A DNA stretch of 64,000 nucleotides, from positions 9,632 through 73,631 of the forward strand of contig JBHLPW010000005.1 in the NCBI GenBank assembly GCA_048939015.1, read 5' to 3'. Origin of the DNA: Promethearchaeota archaeon (lineage in GTDB: Archaea; Asgardarchaeota; Lokiarchaeia; Sigyniarchaeales; SOKP01). Made by a program: the position numbers and the translations under genes. This document shows positions 35,895 through 46,123 of the stretch, one piece after another (the stretch's first letter is position 1; each line of letters begins with the position of its first letter). Below the pieces are notes generated by a model. That model was not told the DNA's origin. It ran no database searches and was given only the letters and a program-made list of their open reading frames with translations.

Positions 35895-36166
35895 TGAGTA
35901 AAAATAACTGTTTTTCAATTAAATCTACAATCGAGTTTAATTTTGAATCTTCTCGAATAAGAGATATTTCATATGAATCGTTTCTGCCAGAATTTAAAAA
36001 ACTACAAACAAAACGCTCTCAAATTTCCATAGAAAAAAAGAGTGAGAGTATTTTAGTATTTGAGATAAAAAGCAAAGATATTACGGCCTATCGCGCTTCT
36101 ATTAATGAAATTATTTCTTTTGGGAAAGTAATAGCAAATTCCTTGGAAATTGTTAATAATTCATAG
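35894..36166 (+). CDS. pcc1: KEOPS complex subunit Pcc1
   Basis: SFLPE...KRS...IKSKDITAYRASIN; conserved position before prefoldin beta. Confidence 0.8.
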   Translation: MSKNNCFSIKSTIEFNFESSRIRDISYESFLPEFKKLQTKRSQISIEKKSESILVFEIKSKDITAYRASINEIISFGKVIANSLEIVNNS

Positions 36167-36233
36167 AAAAAAATATAATATTTCCAATATACAATAAATT
36201 ATTATTTAATACCACTGAATTGATAAAAAAATT

Positions 36234-36587
36234 ATGACAATTAATCTTGAAAATTTGAATGAAGAGCAAAAAAAGAAGATAATAAATCTTAATAATTTAC
36301 AGCAATCTTTTGAATTCATTACATCTCAAAGGTTACAAATTGAGAGTACTTTAAGAGAAACGGAGTTAGCTATTGAAGAATTAGATAAAATAAATCCAAC
36401 AGACACGGTATATAAAGCTATTGGCGGTATTTTAGTAAAAAGTGAAAAAAATAAGTTAACGGATGAAAAGAAATCATTAAAAGTAACTCTAGAAATGCGA
36501 TTGAAAACTTTAAAACAAAAAGAAGAAAGAGTAAAAAGCCAAATTGAAACAATGAGAAAATCTCTTCAAGCTGATTTTGAAAAATAA
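36234..36587 (+). CDS. pfdB: Prefoldin subunit beta
   Basis: Coiled coils flanking VYKAIGGILV. Confidence 0.92.
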   Translation: MTINLENLNEEQKKKIINLNNLQQSFEFITSQRLQIESTLRETELAIEELDKINPTDTVYKAIGGILVKSEKNKLTDEKKSLKVTLEMRLKTLKQKEERVKSQIETMRKSLQADFEK

Positions 36588-36604
36588 AATTCATAGAAAT
36601 TTAT

Positions 36605-37612
36605 ATGTTGAAATCCAGATTTGATAACTTTATAACTTTTATTAAAAACAAGCGTATTTTATTATTAACTCATGATTTAGTAGATATTGATGGGTTAGCC
36701 TCTTGTTTGGCTTTAAAATATTTTTTAATTCAATACTTTAAAGAACAGATCGTTACAATTTGTTTCTCAGAATTTACTAAATCGACGAAAAACTATTTTA
36801 AAAATATCACAAAAAGATTTCCTGAATTTGACTTTTCCTTCAGTAAAACATTTGAAATTATTAATTTTGATGTTGTCTTAATATTGGACACAAATAATTT
36901 AAAACAAATAGATCTAGAAAATAATTTTAACCTCAAAGATATAGGAATTCCTCTTATATTCATAGATCATCATTATATAGGAGAAAAATCAGAAAATAAT
37001 AAAGATATAGAACCAAATTTAATATTTGAAAATTCTTCTTCAACAGCAGAAATAATCTTAAAATTATTCGAAATTTACAATATTCCTTTAACGACTCCAA
37101 TAAAAACGATTTTAATTACAGCAATAATAACTGATTCTGGCTTTTTTAAACACGGAAATAACAATACAATTCAAAATGTTGGAAAATTAATAGGTGAAGA
37201 TATAAACATTCAGGATGTTTTTTTACTCTTAAAGAATGAAACAGATATTTCAGAGAAAATTGCCAAAATAAAAGGCATGCAGAGAGTTAAAATGATTCGA
37301 GAAGGTGATTATTTGATCGGAATTACAAATGTAAGTAGTTATGGGGCGAGTGTTGCTAAAAAGTTAATAAATTTAGGATTTGATGTTGCCATTGTCCTCT
37401 CAGAGGAAGAAAAGCAGAACAGAGTTAATACACGTGCTCAAAAATTAGTTTGTATAAACACAGGATTACATTTAGGAAAAATCTTAGAAGAAATATCAAA
37501 TGAATACAAAGGGAATGGTGGCGGTCATGATGGTGCTGCCACTTTAACTAGTACAATAGACTCAGATACTGTTATTGCACTAATTATTGAAAAAATTAAA
37601 CAGTATTTTTAA
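36605..37612 (+). CDS. DHH family phosphoesterase
   Basis: THDLVDIDG, LDT, IDHH, TDSG, GGGH. Confidence 0.9.
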   Translation: MLKSRFDNFITFIKNKRILLLTHDLVDIDGLASCLALKYFLIQYFKEQIVTICFSEFTKSTKNYFKNITKRFPEFDFSFSKTFEIINFDVVLILDTNNLKQIDLENNFNLKDIGIPLIFIDHHYIGEKSENNKDIEPNLIFENSSSTAEIILKLFEIYNIPLTTPIKTILITAIITDSGFFKHGNNNTIQNVGKLIGEDINIQDVFLLLKNETDISEKIAKIKGMQRVKMIREGDYLIGITNVSSYGASVAKKLINLGFDVAIVLSEEEKQNRVNTRAQKLVCINTGLHLGKILEEISNEYKGNGGGHDGAATLTSTIDSDTVIALIIEKIKQYF

Positions 37613-37674
37613 TCTAAGTTTTAAATAATCAAAAATTATATGAGAACAAGATCTGTAATGGATTAAACCTTATT

Positions 37675-38514
37675 ATGGATTTAGTACGATTTGAGAGTTT
37701 TTATTATCGGTATAAAGGAAATGAAGAATATTCACTAAATAATATTAATTTAAGAATTAAAGAAAATAGCTCTAAATTTATTTTATTAGCTGGTGAAACA
37801 GGATCAGGGAAAACCTCACTAATTAGATGCATGAATGGTTTGATCCCACAATTTTATGCTGGTTTTTATAGAGGAAAAGTAGAAATAAGAGGAAAAAACA
37901 CAACTGAAACATCGATAGCAGATTTATCTACTGAAGTAGGAATAGTATTTCAGAATCCAGAAAATCAACTGATATCAATGAATGTTGAGCATGAAATCGC
38001 TTTTGGTTTAGAGAATTTAGGGGTTCCCACGAAAGAGATATCAAATCGAATAAAGGAGGTTACTTCATTAACTGAAATTGAGCATATATTAGACAAGGCA
38101 CCTTTTGACTTGAGTGGAGGGGAACAACAGCGTGTTGCGATAGCATCGATCCTAGTATTAGAACCTAAAGTTTTGATTCTTGATGAACCAACTGCTTTAC
38201 TTGACCCCTACATGGCAAAAAAAATTATAAATTTATTACAGGAGATAAAGCAAGAAAAAGATATTACAATCTTGATTAGTGAACATCGTCTAGATCTAAT
38301 TTTACCTTTCATAGAACAAATAATTTTAATGAAAAATGGTTTTATTTTGGAGCATGATTCTCGTGAAAAAGTCATTAATGGAGAAAATTTTCAGAAACTA
38401 CATTTGAACAAACCTATAATTTTCTCAATATTTAATAAACTCAAAAAAGAAAAACTGTTTAATAAAAATATACCTACTTCTATCCCAGAGGCAGTAAAAT
38501 CACTTAAGATTTAA
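37675..38514 (+). CDS. ECF transporter ATPase (A component)
   Basis: GETGSGKT, FQNPENQ, LSGGEQQR, LDEP, SEH. Confidence 0.92.
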   Translation: MDLVRFESFYYRYKGNEEYSLNNINLRIKENSSKFILLAGETGSGKTSLIRCMNGLIPQFYAGFYRGKVEIRGKNTTETSIADLSTEVGIVFQNPENQLISMNVEHEIAFGLENLGVPTKEISNRIKEVTSLTEIEHILDKAPFDLSGGEQQRVAIASILVLEPKVLILDEPTALLDPYMAKKIINLLQEIKQEKDITILISEHRLDLILPFIEQIILMKNGFILEHDSREKVINGENFQKLHLNKPIIFSIFNKLKKEKLFNKNIPTSIPEAVKSLKI

Positions 38515-38523
38515 TTATAAACT

Positions 38524-39408
38524 ATGGAGATAATGAAAATGATTAAAGATATACCATTGATTATGATTAGAGAAGTTGGATATCAATATCCAAACGGGAC
38601 AAGGGCTTTAAATAACATTAATCTGAATATCTTTAAAGGTGAATTAATTGGGATAATGGGAAAAAATGGAGCAGGTAAAACTAGTCTTATTAGGACCTTA
38701 AATGGTTTAATAAGGCCAATATATGGGAATATTTATATTAAAAATGAAAATATTATACGCAAAAGTATTGCAACTCTATCGAAAATAATAGGAATTATTT
38801 TTCAAAACCCTTTTCATCAACTTTTTGCAAATACTGTTGAAGAAGAAATAAAATTTTCTCTGAAAAGTCTAAATCTAAGTAAAGAAGTAATTCAGATAAA
38901 AACTGACGAAATCTTATTCAAATTTGATCTTGATAAATATAGAACACGATCCCCTCTGAATTTATCTGGAGGAGAGTCTAAAAAACTTGCAGTTGCTTCA
39001 ATAATTTGCCGAGATCCTGAAATTTTGATATTCGATGAACCGACTCTGGGCCAAGATGCAAAAGAAATCGAATTCTTTATCAACTTGATAAATGAAGAAA
39101 GAAAAAAAAGCAAGACTATAATTATTATTACTCATAATGTTGAATTTGCCTATGAATACTTACCTAGGACGATATTAATGGCTGATGGACAGATTATTGC
39201 TGATGGTCCAACTAATCAATTATTGAATAATACATTCTTAGTTGAGCAAGCTTCATTAGTATTACCACAAGTAAAACAATTATCTTTAGCAATGCAAGAG
39301 TTAAATTTACAAAATCAAAATGATATCACCTCAAAAAATGATATGATTAATTATTTAAGGAATCTTATGAAAATTAAATCATCAAAGATTCAGGAGGATA
39401 ATCTTTAA
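38524..39408 (+). CDS. ECF transporter ATPase (A' component)
   Basis: GKNGAGKT, FQNP, LSGGE, FDEPTLGQD, ITH. Confidence 0.92.
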   Translation: MEIMKMIKDIPLIMIREVGYQYPNGTRALNNINLNIFKGELIGIMGKNGAGKTSLIRTLNGLIRPIYGNIYIKNENIIRKSIATLSKIIGIIFQNPFHQLFANTVEEEIKFSLKSLNLSKEVIQIKTDEILFKFDLDKYRTRSPLNLSGGESKKLAVASIICRDPEILIFDEPTLGQDAKEIEFFINLINEERKKSKTIIIITHNVEFAYEYLPRTILMADGQIIADGPTNQLLNNTFLVEQASLVLPQVKQLSLAMQELNLQNQNDITSKNDMINYLRNLMKIKSSKIQEDNL

Positions 39409-40176
39409 ATGTCATTAGAATTTCTGAATGCTTTTAAATTTATGAAACAGAAATCTTTTGTACATAATTTAGATCCACGTGCAAAATTATTATTTTCTGT
39501 CGTTTATACGATAATTGCTCTATTATTTAACCAAATTTTACCTTTATTTTTCATTTTTTTAACTTTAGTTCCTCTAGTTCTTTTAGGGAAGATCTTTAAA
39601 CAATGGATTAAAAGCATACGTGGTCTTTCATTTTTGGTCCTCTTTATAGTTATTTTAAATACATGGTTTATGTCTTTGTCGTTTGCCTTAGCAATGATAT
39701 TAAGAATTTATATAATGGTATCCGCTTTTTCAATCTTTTTCTTAACTGTTGACCCAAATGATTTGGCACTGTCTCTAATTTCGATGAAATTACCATACGA
39801 ATTTGCATTCTCATTCTCCTTAGCGTTTAGATTCGTCCCAACTATAGCAAATGAAGCTCAAAATATTTTAGATGCTCAACAAAGCAGAGGATATGAAATG
39901 CAAAAAAAAGGGCTCATTAGCCAAGTTAAAAATCTATTTCCACTTTTGATTCCCTTGATAATTAATTCAATAAAAAGAGCATTTTATGTTGCTGAGGCTC
40001 TCGAATCGAGGGCTTTTGGCAGTAGAAAAGAACGTACATATTATTACAGTATAAAATATTCTTTAAAAGATTATTTATTTACTTTTTATTTGTTAGTGTT
40101 GTTAGCATTTATAATTTTTATAAGAGTTCAAATTAATTTGCTGCCCGATTTTCTACTTTGGAGTTTACCAGTTTGA
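39409..40176 (+). CDS. ECF transporter transmembrane T component
   Basis: LDPRAK, LAFRFVP, AQQSRG, ALESRAF. Confidence 0.92.
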   Translation: MSLEFLNAFKFMKQKSFVHNLDPRAKLLFSVVYTIIALLFNQILPLFFIFLTLVPLVLLGKIFKQWIKSIRGLSFLVLFIVILNTWFMSLSFALAMILRIYIMVSAFSIFFLTVDPNDLALSLISMKLPYEFAFSFSLAFRFVPTIANEAQNILDAQQSRGYEMQKKGLISQVKNLFPLLIPLIINSIKRAFYVAEALESRAFGSRKERTYYYSIKYSLKDYLFTFYLLVLLAFIIFIRVQINLLPDFLLWSLPV

Positions 40177-40859
40177 TTGTTAAAGAATTCAATATTGATG
40201 AATTAAATCTACACTTTTTTGTTGGGATAAATCAAATTGCAATAGACTTAGATGAATTTTTAAATTTTTATACTATTAAAAATCAAAAAGAAATTTTAGA
40301 TCAGGTTTTTAAGCTCATAGAAGAAATCCAAAATAAATTTGAATATTCAGTAGTACAATTCATAAAGGAAAAATTTATCTTGAACTCTGATCATATTTTT
40401 ATGGCATGCTACAATTTACAGAAAGCATTTCAACAAGATATTAACATTTCAAACAAAAAAAACATCGAGCTTTTTTTATATTTAGCAAGTAATAGACAAA
40501 TTAAGAAAAGTATTGAAGCTTTTGGAATTAATATTACTGATTTTAATAAGAACAGTTCTACTTATTGCATTATTTCTCCAAATGATAATATAGATACCAT
40601 AAATGATGAATTAATACAAAAGCTTAAAGCGTACGATGCTCAATTTACCCTCAATAATCAAACTATAAAGAAATTAATTACAATTAAAGAGTTTTTTAAA
40701 ATCTCCGAAGATCAAATTAATATTATCTTAAATTCTTACGGGACACAAAATATTAAAAATAAAATTAGTTTAAAGTCTAAATATTCTGCTGTTCATGATT
40801 TAATTTGTGAAAAAATGGCATTACTAAGTTTGGAACAAGTTAAAACTAAGAAATCCTAA
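40158..40859 (+). CDS. KEOPS subunit Cgi121-like protein
   Basis: HIFMACYN..KAF...NIS....IELFLYLASNRQIKKSIEAFG and C-terminal EKMALL. Confidence 0.8.
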   Translation: MEFTSLIVKEFNIDELNLHFFVGINQIAIDLDEFLNFYTIKNQKEILDQVFKLIEEIQNKFEYSVVQFIKEKFILNSDHIFMACYNLQKAFQQDINISNKKNIELFLYLASNRQIKKSIEAFGINITDFNKNSSTYCIISPNDNIDTINDELIQKLKAYDAQFTLNNQTIKKLITIKEFFKISEDQINIILNSYGTQNIKNKISLKSKYSAVHDLICEKMALLSLEQVKTKKS

Positions 40860-41380
40860 TTATATCCATTTTTTACCCTAATTACCTCACTTTCCTTTAA
40901 AAAAGATATTCCACTAATATTTCCTAAAATTTCAATTCTAATTATTTTATCTGGATGTTCAAGATCAACCTTATAATCAAGATCACTTGCTATTGTTTCA
41001 ATAAAATGTTCTCTTTCAATTTTTTCGTGATGTCTTCGTTTTAATATTATTTTAAAAGATTCCCTTTCATTAAGAAAATCTCTATGATTTTCTTGAATAA
41101 TATATTTTATTGTTTTTATGTCAGTTTCGCAAGTAAAATCGATTGGTACAATTTTTAAAATAAATTGGAAAAAGTGGGGTCTTTTTTTTTGGATTTTTTT
41201 TATTTTGGAAATAACTTGTTTTGAATTCATATTAGTCAAAGCTGTAATTAATCCCGGAAACTGAATTCCCGAGATGATTGGGTATGTATCACCACACATT
41301 AATAAAATAAACCACAATTCCGATTTTGCATTGGTTTCATTATATCGAGAAGTCGAGACCAAGAGATTGAAGTTTTTTAT
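40856..41380 (-). CDS. THUMP domain RNA-binding protein; probable ATA start at 41380 (ORF track TTG at 41362)
   Basis: FNLLVSTSR, ILKIVPID, ESFKIILKRR, KVDLEHPDKIIRIEI; SD GGAGTGAT at 41385-41392. Confidence 0.85.
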   Translation of the reverse strand: MKNFNLLVSTSRYNETNAKSELWFILLMCGDTYPIISGIQFPGLITALTNMNSKQVISKIKKIQKKRPHFFQFILKIVPIDFTCETDIKTIKYIIQENHRDFLNERESFKIILKRRHHEKIEREHFIETIASDLDYKVDLEHPDKIIRIEILGNISGISFLKESEVIRVKNGYN

Positions 41381-41394
41381 TCATATCACTCCGT

Positions 41395-42054
41395 TTATGT
41401 AGATAAAAATTCTATTATTTCTTCCTCAGAAATTTCTCCAATACGTAAAAATTTAATCTCATTAGCAGTACAATCAACAATTGTAGTAGGAACTTTCGAT
41501 TTTGATTTACCTCCATCAATAATAAAATCGATTGGACTCAATATTTTTTTTGTTACTTCTTCTCCACTAATTGAAGGATGTTCTCCAGAATAGTTAGCTG
41601 AAGTTCCTATTATTCCACCAAAATGTCCTTTTGACTTTAATTTTCTTAAAATATGTAAAATTATTTTATTTTCAGGAACTCGTAGACCTATTGTATTTTG
41701 AAATCCTGTTACTTCTGGAGGGATAATATTTGGTTCTTTTTTTTTTAATATTAAAGTTAATTGACCAGGCCAAAATCGTCCTGCAAGTTTTTTAGCAGTT
41801 TCATTGAATTCAGCAATTTTCATAGCTTCTTCACTATCCGAAACTAATAATAATAATCCTTTTGTTCTGTCTCTAAATTTAATCTCATAAATTCTGTTAA
41901 TCACATCTAAATTTTGAGGATCTCCTCCAATTCCATAAACTGAATCGGTAGGAAAAGCAATTACTTTACCTTCGATTATGTTGTCCACTGCAATATCTAG
42001 GTAAAGCTCTATTTCTTCCAATTCCTTCGCTACTAATTTAACTAAAAAACCCAT
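41395..42054 (-). CDS. L-threonylcarbamoyladenylate synthase (TsaC/YrdC-only form of Sua5)
   Basis: AFPTDSVYG, KFR, FWPGQLTLIL, IGLRVP, TSANYSG, LRIG; no SUA5 C-terminal domain. Confidence 0.92.
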   Translation of the reverse strand: MGFLVKLVAKELEEIELYLDIAVDNIIEGKVIAFPTDSVYGIGGDPQNLDVINRIYEIKFRDRTKGLLLLVSDSEEAMKIAEFNETAKKLAGRFWPGQLTLILKKKEPNIIPPEVTGFQNTIGLRVPENKIILHILRKLKSKGHFGGIIGTSANYSGEHPSISGEEVTKKILSPIDFIIDGGKSKSKVPTTIVDCTANEIKFLRIGEISEEEIIEFLST

Positions 42055-42110
42055 ATAATCTCTTCATGATTTAAAACTATAATTAAAAAAACAGGATATG
42101 AAAATTTAAA

Positions 42111-43052
42111 TTATTTTGGATATTTTTCTTGACAACTTAAATCGGCTTCAAGGCGTTTCCAGGAATGATCGAGGTAATCTTGGAGTTCGATTAAATCTTT
42201 TTCTGAAATATTTGCAAACCTTTTTTGTTTGGATAGATAATCTATTAATGGAGCTCTTTTAGAAGGATCCAATAGTGGCTTACTTGCTTTTGATAATGTC
42301 ATAATTCCGTTTTCTATTTCATAGAGAATCCATGAGCCAGTTTTTACAGCTAATCTAGAAATTTCTATTGTATCTTCAGAATTAAATCCCCATCCAGTGC
42401 AACAGGGTGCCATTATATGAATATATCTACACCCCTTAATCGATTTGGCTTTTTTAAATTTATCATATAAATCAAGTGGTTCGCTAATGGAACAAGTAGC
42501 TACGTAAGGCATATCATGGGCTGCCATTATTGCAGGAAGATTCTTCTTGAAGCGATCTTTTCCCTTTGTTGTTGTAGTTGTCCAAGCACCATGTGGCGTA
42601 CTTGAAGACCTCTGGATACCTGTGTTCATATATGCTTCATTATCATAACAAACATAAATTTGATCAGAATTTCTTTCTGCTGCTCCACTCAAACCTTGAA
42701 TACCAATGTCTGCAGTACCACCATCTCCTGCAAATGTAATTGCAGTCATCTCATCCCATCCTTTACCAGGAAACCTATATGCTTTTGCTTTGAAAGCAGC
42801 AGACATACCTGTCGCCCCTGCAGCACCCGCTGCAAATGCCATATTCGTAAAAGGGAAATTAGGTGCTGTTTTAGGCCATAGTCCTACTACAACATTTAAA
42901 CAGGATGCCGGCGTTACAAGGGCAGTTTTAGGTCCTAATGCTTTCATTGCCCATCTAAGGGCGATTTCTAAACCACATCCTGCACAACAAGAATTTCCTG
43001 GAAGGAAATATTCTTCCTGACAAGATTGTAATGCCTCTTTTAATTTTACCAT
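42111..43052 (-). CDS. porB: 2-oxoacid (pyruvate-type):ferredoxin oxidoreductase beta subunit
   Basis: CAGCG, GDGGTADIG, YDNEAYMNTGIQRS, PCCTGW; SD GGAGGT favours the start at 43052. Confidence 0.92.
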   Translation of the reverse strand: MVKLKEALQSCQEEYFLPGNSCCAGCGLEIALRWAMKALGPKTALVTPASCLNVVVGLWPKTAPNFPFTNMAFAAGAAGATGMSAAFKAKAYRFPGKGWDEMTAITFAGDGGTADIGIQGLSGAAERNSDQIYVCYDNEAYMNTGIQRSSSTPHGAWTTTTTKGKDRFKKNLPAIMAAHDMPYVATCSISEPLDLYDKFKKAKSIKGCRYIHIMAPCCTGWGFNSEDTIEISRLAVKTGSWILYEIENGIMTLSKASKPLLDPSKRAPLIDYLSKQKRFANISEKDLIELQDYLDHSWKRLEADLSCQEKYPK

Positions 43053-43056
43053 TTTC

Positions 43057-44313
43057 TTATTCGACCTCCAATAATCCATCCCAGAGAGTTCCATATATTA
43101 TATCCTTTGGAAGTTCTCCAGTTTCATTATATTTAACTAGGTTTAATATTTGATTTTTTTGCTGCTCGAGAGTGACTTCTCTTCCACCTAAACCATTAAT
43201 GATAGGTAGAACTGTTGCGGTCCCTTTAGTTTCATGGAGAGCAGCTTTAACTTCACAACTTACGGGTCCTCCAGTTTGACAACCAAATGCAGTGGCTCTA
43301 TCAACTACACCTAATACTTTCACTTTTTTAGCAACTTCTACGATATCCTCAGTTGGAAAAGGTCTGAAATGTCTTAATTTAACCATCCCAACTCTGTATC
43401 CTTTTTCTCGTAAATCATCTATAGCTTGTTCCATTTGCAAAGCTAAATCTCCATAAATAATTACACCTACATCAGCATTATCCATTTTATATTCTTGGAT
43501 TAAACCATTACCATAATTCCTTCCGAAAGTTTTCTCAAATTCTTTGGCTACAGTTTTTATTTTCTCTTTTGCTCTTATAAGAGCATCGTGAATTTTTAAT
43601 CGAAATTCATAATAAAAACTTGAAGGCATGATAAGATTACCAAACATCATTGGTCTTTTAGGGTCCATCCAAATATGTGGCCAACCCTCCTCACTTGGTA
43701 GTGGAGGTAAAAATTTATCTACAAGATCTTGATCTTCAAGGATAACGGGTTTTGATGTATGAGAAAGGATAAAACCACCATATGATACAAATTTAGGTAA
43801 GAGAATATCATGATCTTCACAAACCTTATATGACATTAAAATTTCGTCATATATTTCTTGATGTGCAGAGCAAAAACAACTTATCCAACCTGTATCCCGC
43901 TGACTTATTACATCAGTAAAATCTGCCCAAATATTCCATGGTGGAGCAGGACCTCGAGATGCTATAGCAACAACGATGGGAAGCCTTGCTCCAGCTGCCC
44001 AATGAATCATTTCATGAGCATAAAATATTCCTTGTCCAGAAGTAGCAGTAAAGGTTCTAGTACCTGCTTTACTAGCACCAACTACAGCAGCAAATACACT
44101 ATGTTCTGATTCCATTTTTATATATTGAGTTCCTGGCATTAATCCATTATCTACAAATTCAGATAATTTTTCGACTACAGTAGTTTGTGGAGTTATAGGA
44201 TAAGCACTAATAACCTGCACTCGTGCAGATTTAGCCGCATAAGCAGCAGCTACATTTCCTTTAATAATGATAGTTTCTCTCTTTTGTACAAAATCTTCTT
44301 GAGTCTCAGTCAT
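43057..44313 (-). CDS. porA: 2-oxoacid:ferredoxin oxidoreductase alpha subunit
   Basis: AYPITPQT, ESEHS, TATSGQG, FRPFP, GLGGR. Confidence 0.93.
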   Translation of the reverse strand: MTETQEDFVQKRETIIIKGNVAAAYAAKSARVQVISAYPITPQTTVVEKLSEFVDNGLMPGTQYIKMESEHSVFAAVVGASKAGTRTFTATSGQGIFYAHEMIHWAAGARLPIVVAIASRGPAPPWNIWADFTDVISQRDTGWISCFCSAHQEIYDEILMSYKVCEDHDILLPKFVSYGGFILSHTSKPVILEDQDLVDKFLPPLPSEEGWPHIWMDPKRPMMFGNLIMPSSFYYEFRLKIHDALIRAKEKIKTVAKEFEKTFGRNYGNGLIQEYKMDNADVGVIIYGDLALQMEQAIDDLREKGYRVGMVKLRHFRPFPTEDIVEVAKKVKVLGVVDRATAFGCQTGGPVSCEVKAALHETKGTATVLPIINGLGGREVTLEQQKNQILNLVKYNETGELPKDIIYGTLWDGLLEVE

Positions 44314-44653
44314 CTTTTATATCACTCTCTCTAATCATTTCTATATTATTTGTTGGACACTCTTTAGCACAGATACCACATCCTTTACAGTATCGCAAAT
44401 CAATTTCAAAACTACCATCTTCTTTTCTTTTAATAACACCCTCTGGGCAATACATCCAACATATTCCACATTTATTACATCCTTCTTTAATAACTGGTCG
44501 AAAAGTTCTCCAATCACCGGTAGTACCAATATTTCCATCAATTGGTAATGAAATCGGAATTGGGGATAATTCTTTCCAATTTTTATATTCCTGAACTTTA
44601 GGGCGTTCTTTTACAGATTTATTAATCTTTTTCCATTTTTCAGTTTCGGACAT
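44306..44653 (-). CDS. porD: 2-oxoacid:ferredoxin oxidoreductase delta subunit (2x4Fe-4S)
   Basis: TGDWRTFRP, CNKCGICWMYCP, CKGCGICAKECP. Confidence 0.93.
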   Translation of the reverse strand: MSETEKWKKINKSVKERPKVQEYKNWKELSPIPISLPIDGNIGTTGDWRTFRPVIKEGCNKCGICWMYCPEGVIKRKEDGSFEIDLRYCKGCGICAKECPTNNIEMIRESDIKDD

Positions 44654-44655
44654 TA

Positions 44656-45243
44656 TTACATCTCTCTTACTGATTCATAAGCATCTCTAGCGACGCTCAT
44701 ATTTTTCTCTAACCGGCTTTCACCAAATTCTTTTTTAATTACTTTTTCCATTGTGTCTAGATTATAATACCCAGTAATTTTCCCAAAAGCCCCTAACATA
44801 GGGATATTCAGGATTGGTCCACTTGCATGCATGAAATTCCGCTGAATACATATACCTGTAGCGTCTACAATATATATCTTTACATTATCAGGAAAATCGC
44901 TTTGATCTATTGGATCGGCGCTATTTACTATTAAATTCACACCTTCCTTTATTGAAGCTTTAATTTTCGGTATATCTAATAATGAAGTATCAAACATCAG
45001 TATATAATTTGGATTTACCACACTATCATATGTTTTTATTGCCTTATTTTTGGAAATTTTAGAAAATGCTTGTATTGGCGCCCCTCTACGCTCAGCTCCT
45101 ATTATTGGGATAGCGATGGTATCTTTGAATCCTTCTTCAAATGCCATTTCTGCTAATAATTGACTAGCTGTGATACAGGTTTGACCACCTCTACAATGCA
45201 TAGAGATTTCTACAATTTGTTCATTGTCTGTCAATTTTTTCAA
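44656..45243 (-). CDS. porG: 2-oxoacid:ferredoxin oxidoreductase gamma subunit
   Basis: RGGQ, GAERRGAP, VDAT, NIPMLGA. Confidence 0.92.
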   Translation of the reverse strand: MKKLTDNEQIVEISMHCRGGQTCITASQLLAEMAFEEGFKDTIAIPIIGAERRGAPIQAFSKISKNKAIKTYDSVVNPNYILMFDTSLLDIPKIKASIKEGVNLIVNSADPIDQSDFPDNVKIYIVDATGICIQRNFMHASGPILNIPMLGAFGKITGYYNLDTMEKVIKKEFGESRLEKNMSVARDAYESVREM

Positions 45244-45475
45244 CTAAATTATCTTAATTTGGTATAATTGCAATATGTCCAATAAAGGCACAATGAATAA
45301 AAGTTCTATTGATTTTACTTATATAACTGTAATTAGAAACAATGGTATAGAATTTATAATAATAATTGTTATAACAATTAATTTATTCTGAGAAAACTAT
45401 TAATTTACATTGATTTTGAGAGATATTATAACTTAATCATTTAAATTTAAATTAACTAAGTTTAGGAAATTTATT

Positions 45476-46045
45476 ATGGTGAATGATAAGAGAAACAGTG
45501 AAGTTATATATTCTTTTAAATGTCCATCATGTAAAGAAGGTAAAATTGATATCATCAAGAGTATTTATGATCTTCCTGACGGAGACAAAATGCTCATATT
45601 AAAATTTGAATGTAATACATGCAACTTTCACAAAAATGATATCATCCCTCTCACTACTAATATGGAACCTGGAATTATGACTTTAAAAGTTTTAGATGAG
45701 AATGACCTTAAATCTAAGATTTATCGTTCACCAACAGGTAAATTAGAGATTCCAGAGCTAGATTTAATAGTAGAACCTGGTCCAAGAGCTGATTTTTATT
45801 ATACTAATGTGCAAGGCGTTTTATTTAGATTTGAGAATGCTGTTTCAATTTATAAAAATAATCTTGATGAAAATGATCCAGAAAAAAGTGAAATTGATGA
45901 GCTTATGACTGATTTGAAACAAGCGATAGAAGGTAAATTTAACTTTACTCTACAAATTTCAGATCCACAAGGAGGAAGTTATATTATTCCTCAAGACAAA
46001 TCAAAGTATACTTTTGAAAAAATTGAGATGAATCATTTAGAATAA
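45476..46045 (+). CDS. ZPR1 zinc-finger domain protein
   Basis: CPSC...CNTC, RS..G.LEIPEL...EPGP, DPQGGS. Confidence 0.88.
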   Translation: MVNDKRNSEVIYSFKCPSCKEGKIDIIKSIYDLPDGDKMLILKFECNTCNFHKNDIIPLTTNMEPGIMTLKVLDENDLKSKIYRSPTGKLEIPELDLIVEPGPRADFYYTNVQGVLFRFENAVSIYKNNLDENDPEKSEIDELMTDLKQAIEGKFNFTLQISDPQGGSYIIPQDKSKYTFEKIEMNHLE

Positions 46046-46123
46046 ATATAAAATATGATATATACATAATTTCTAATTATAATTATTTTTTTAAACTCTA
46101 CGTAATCAGAAGTGTGAAATAAA

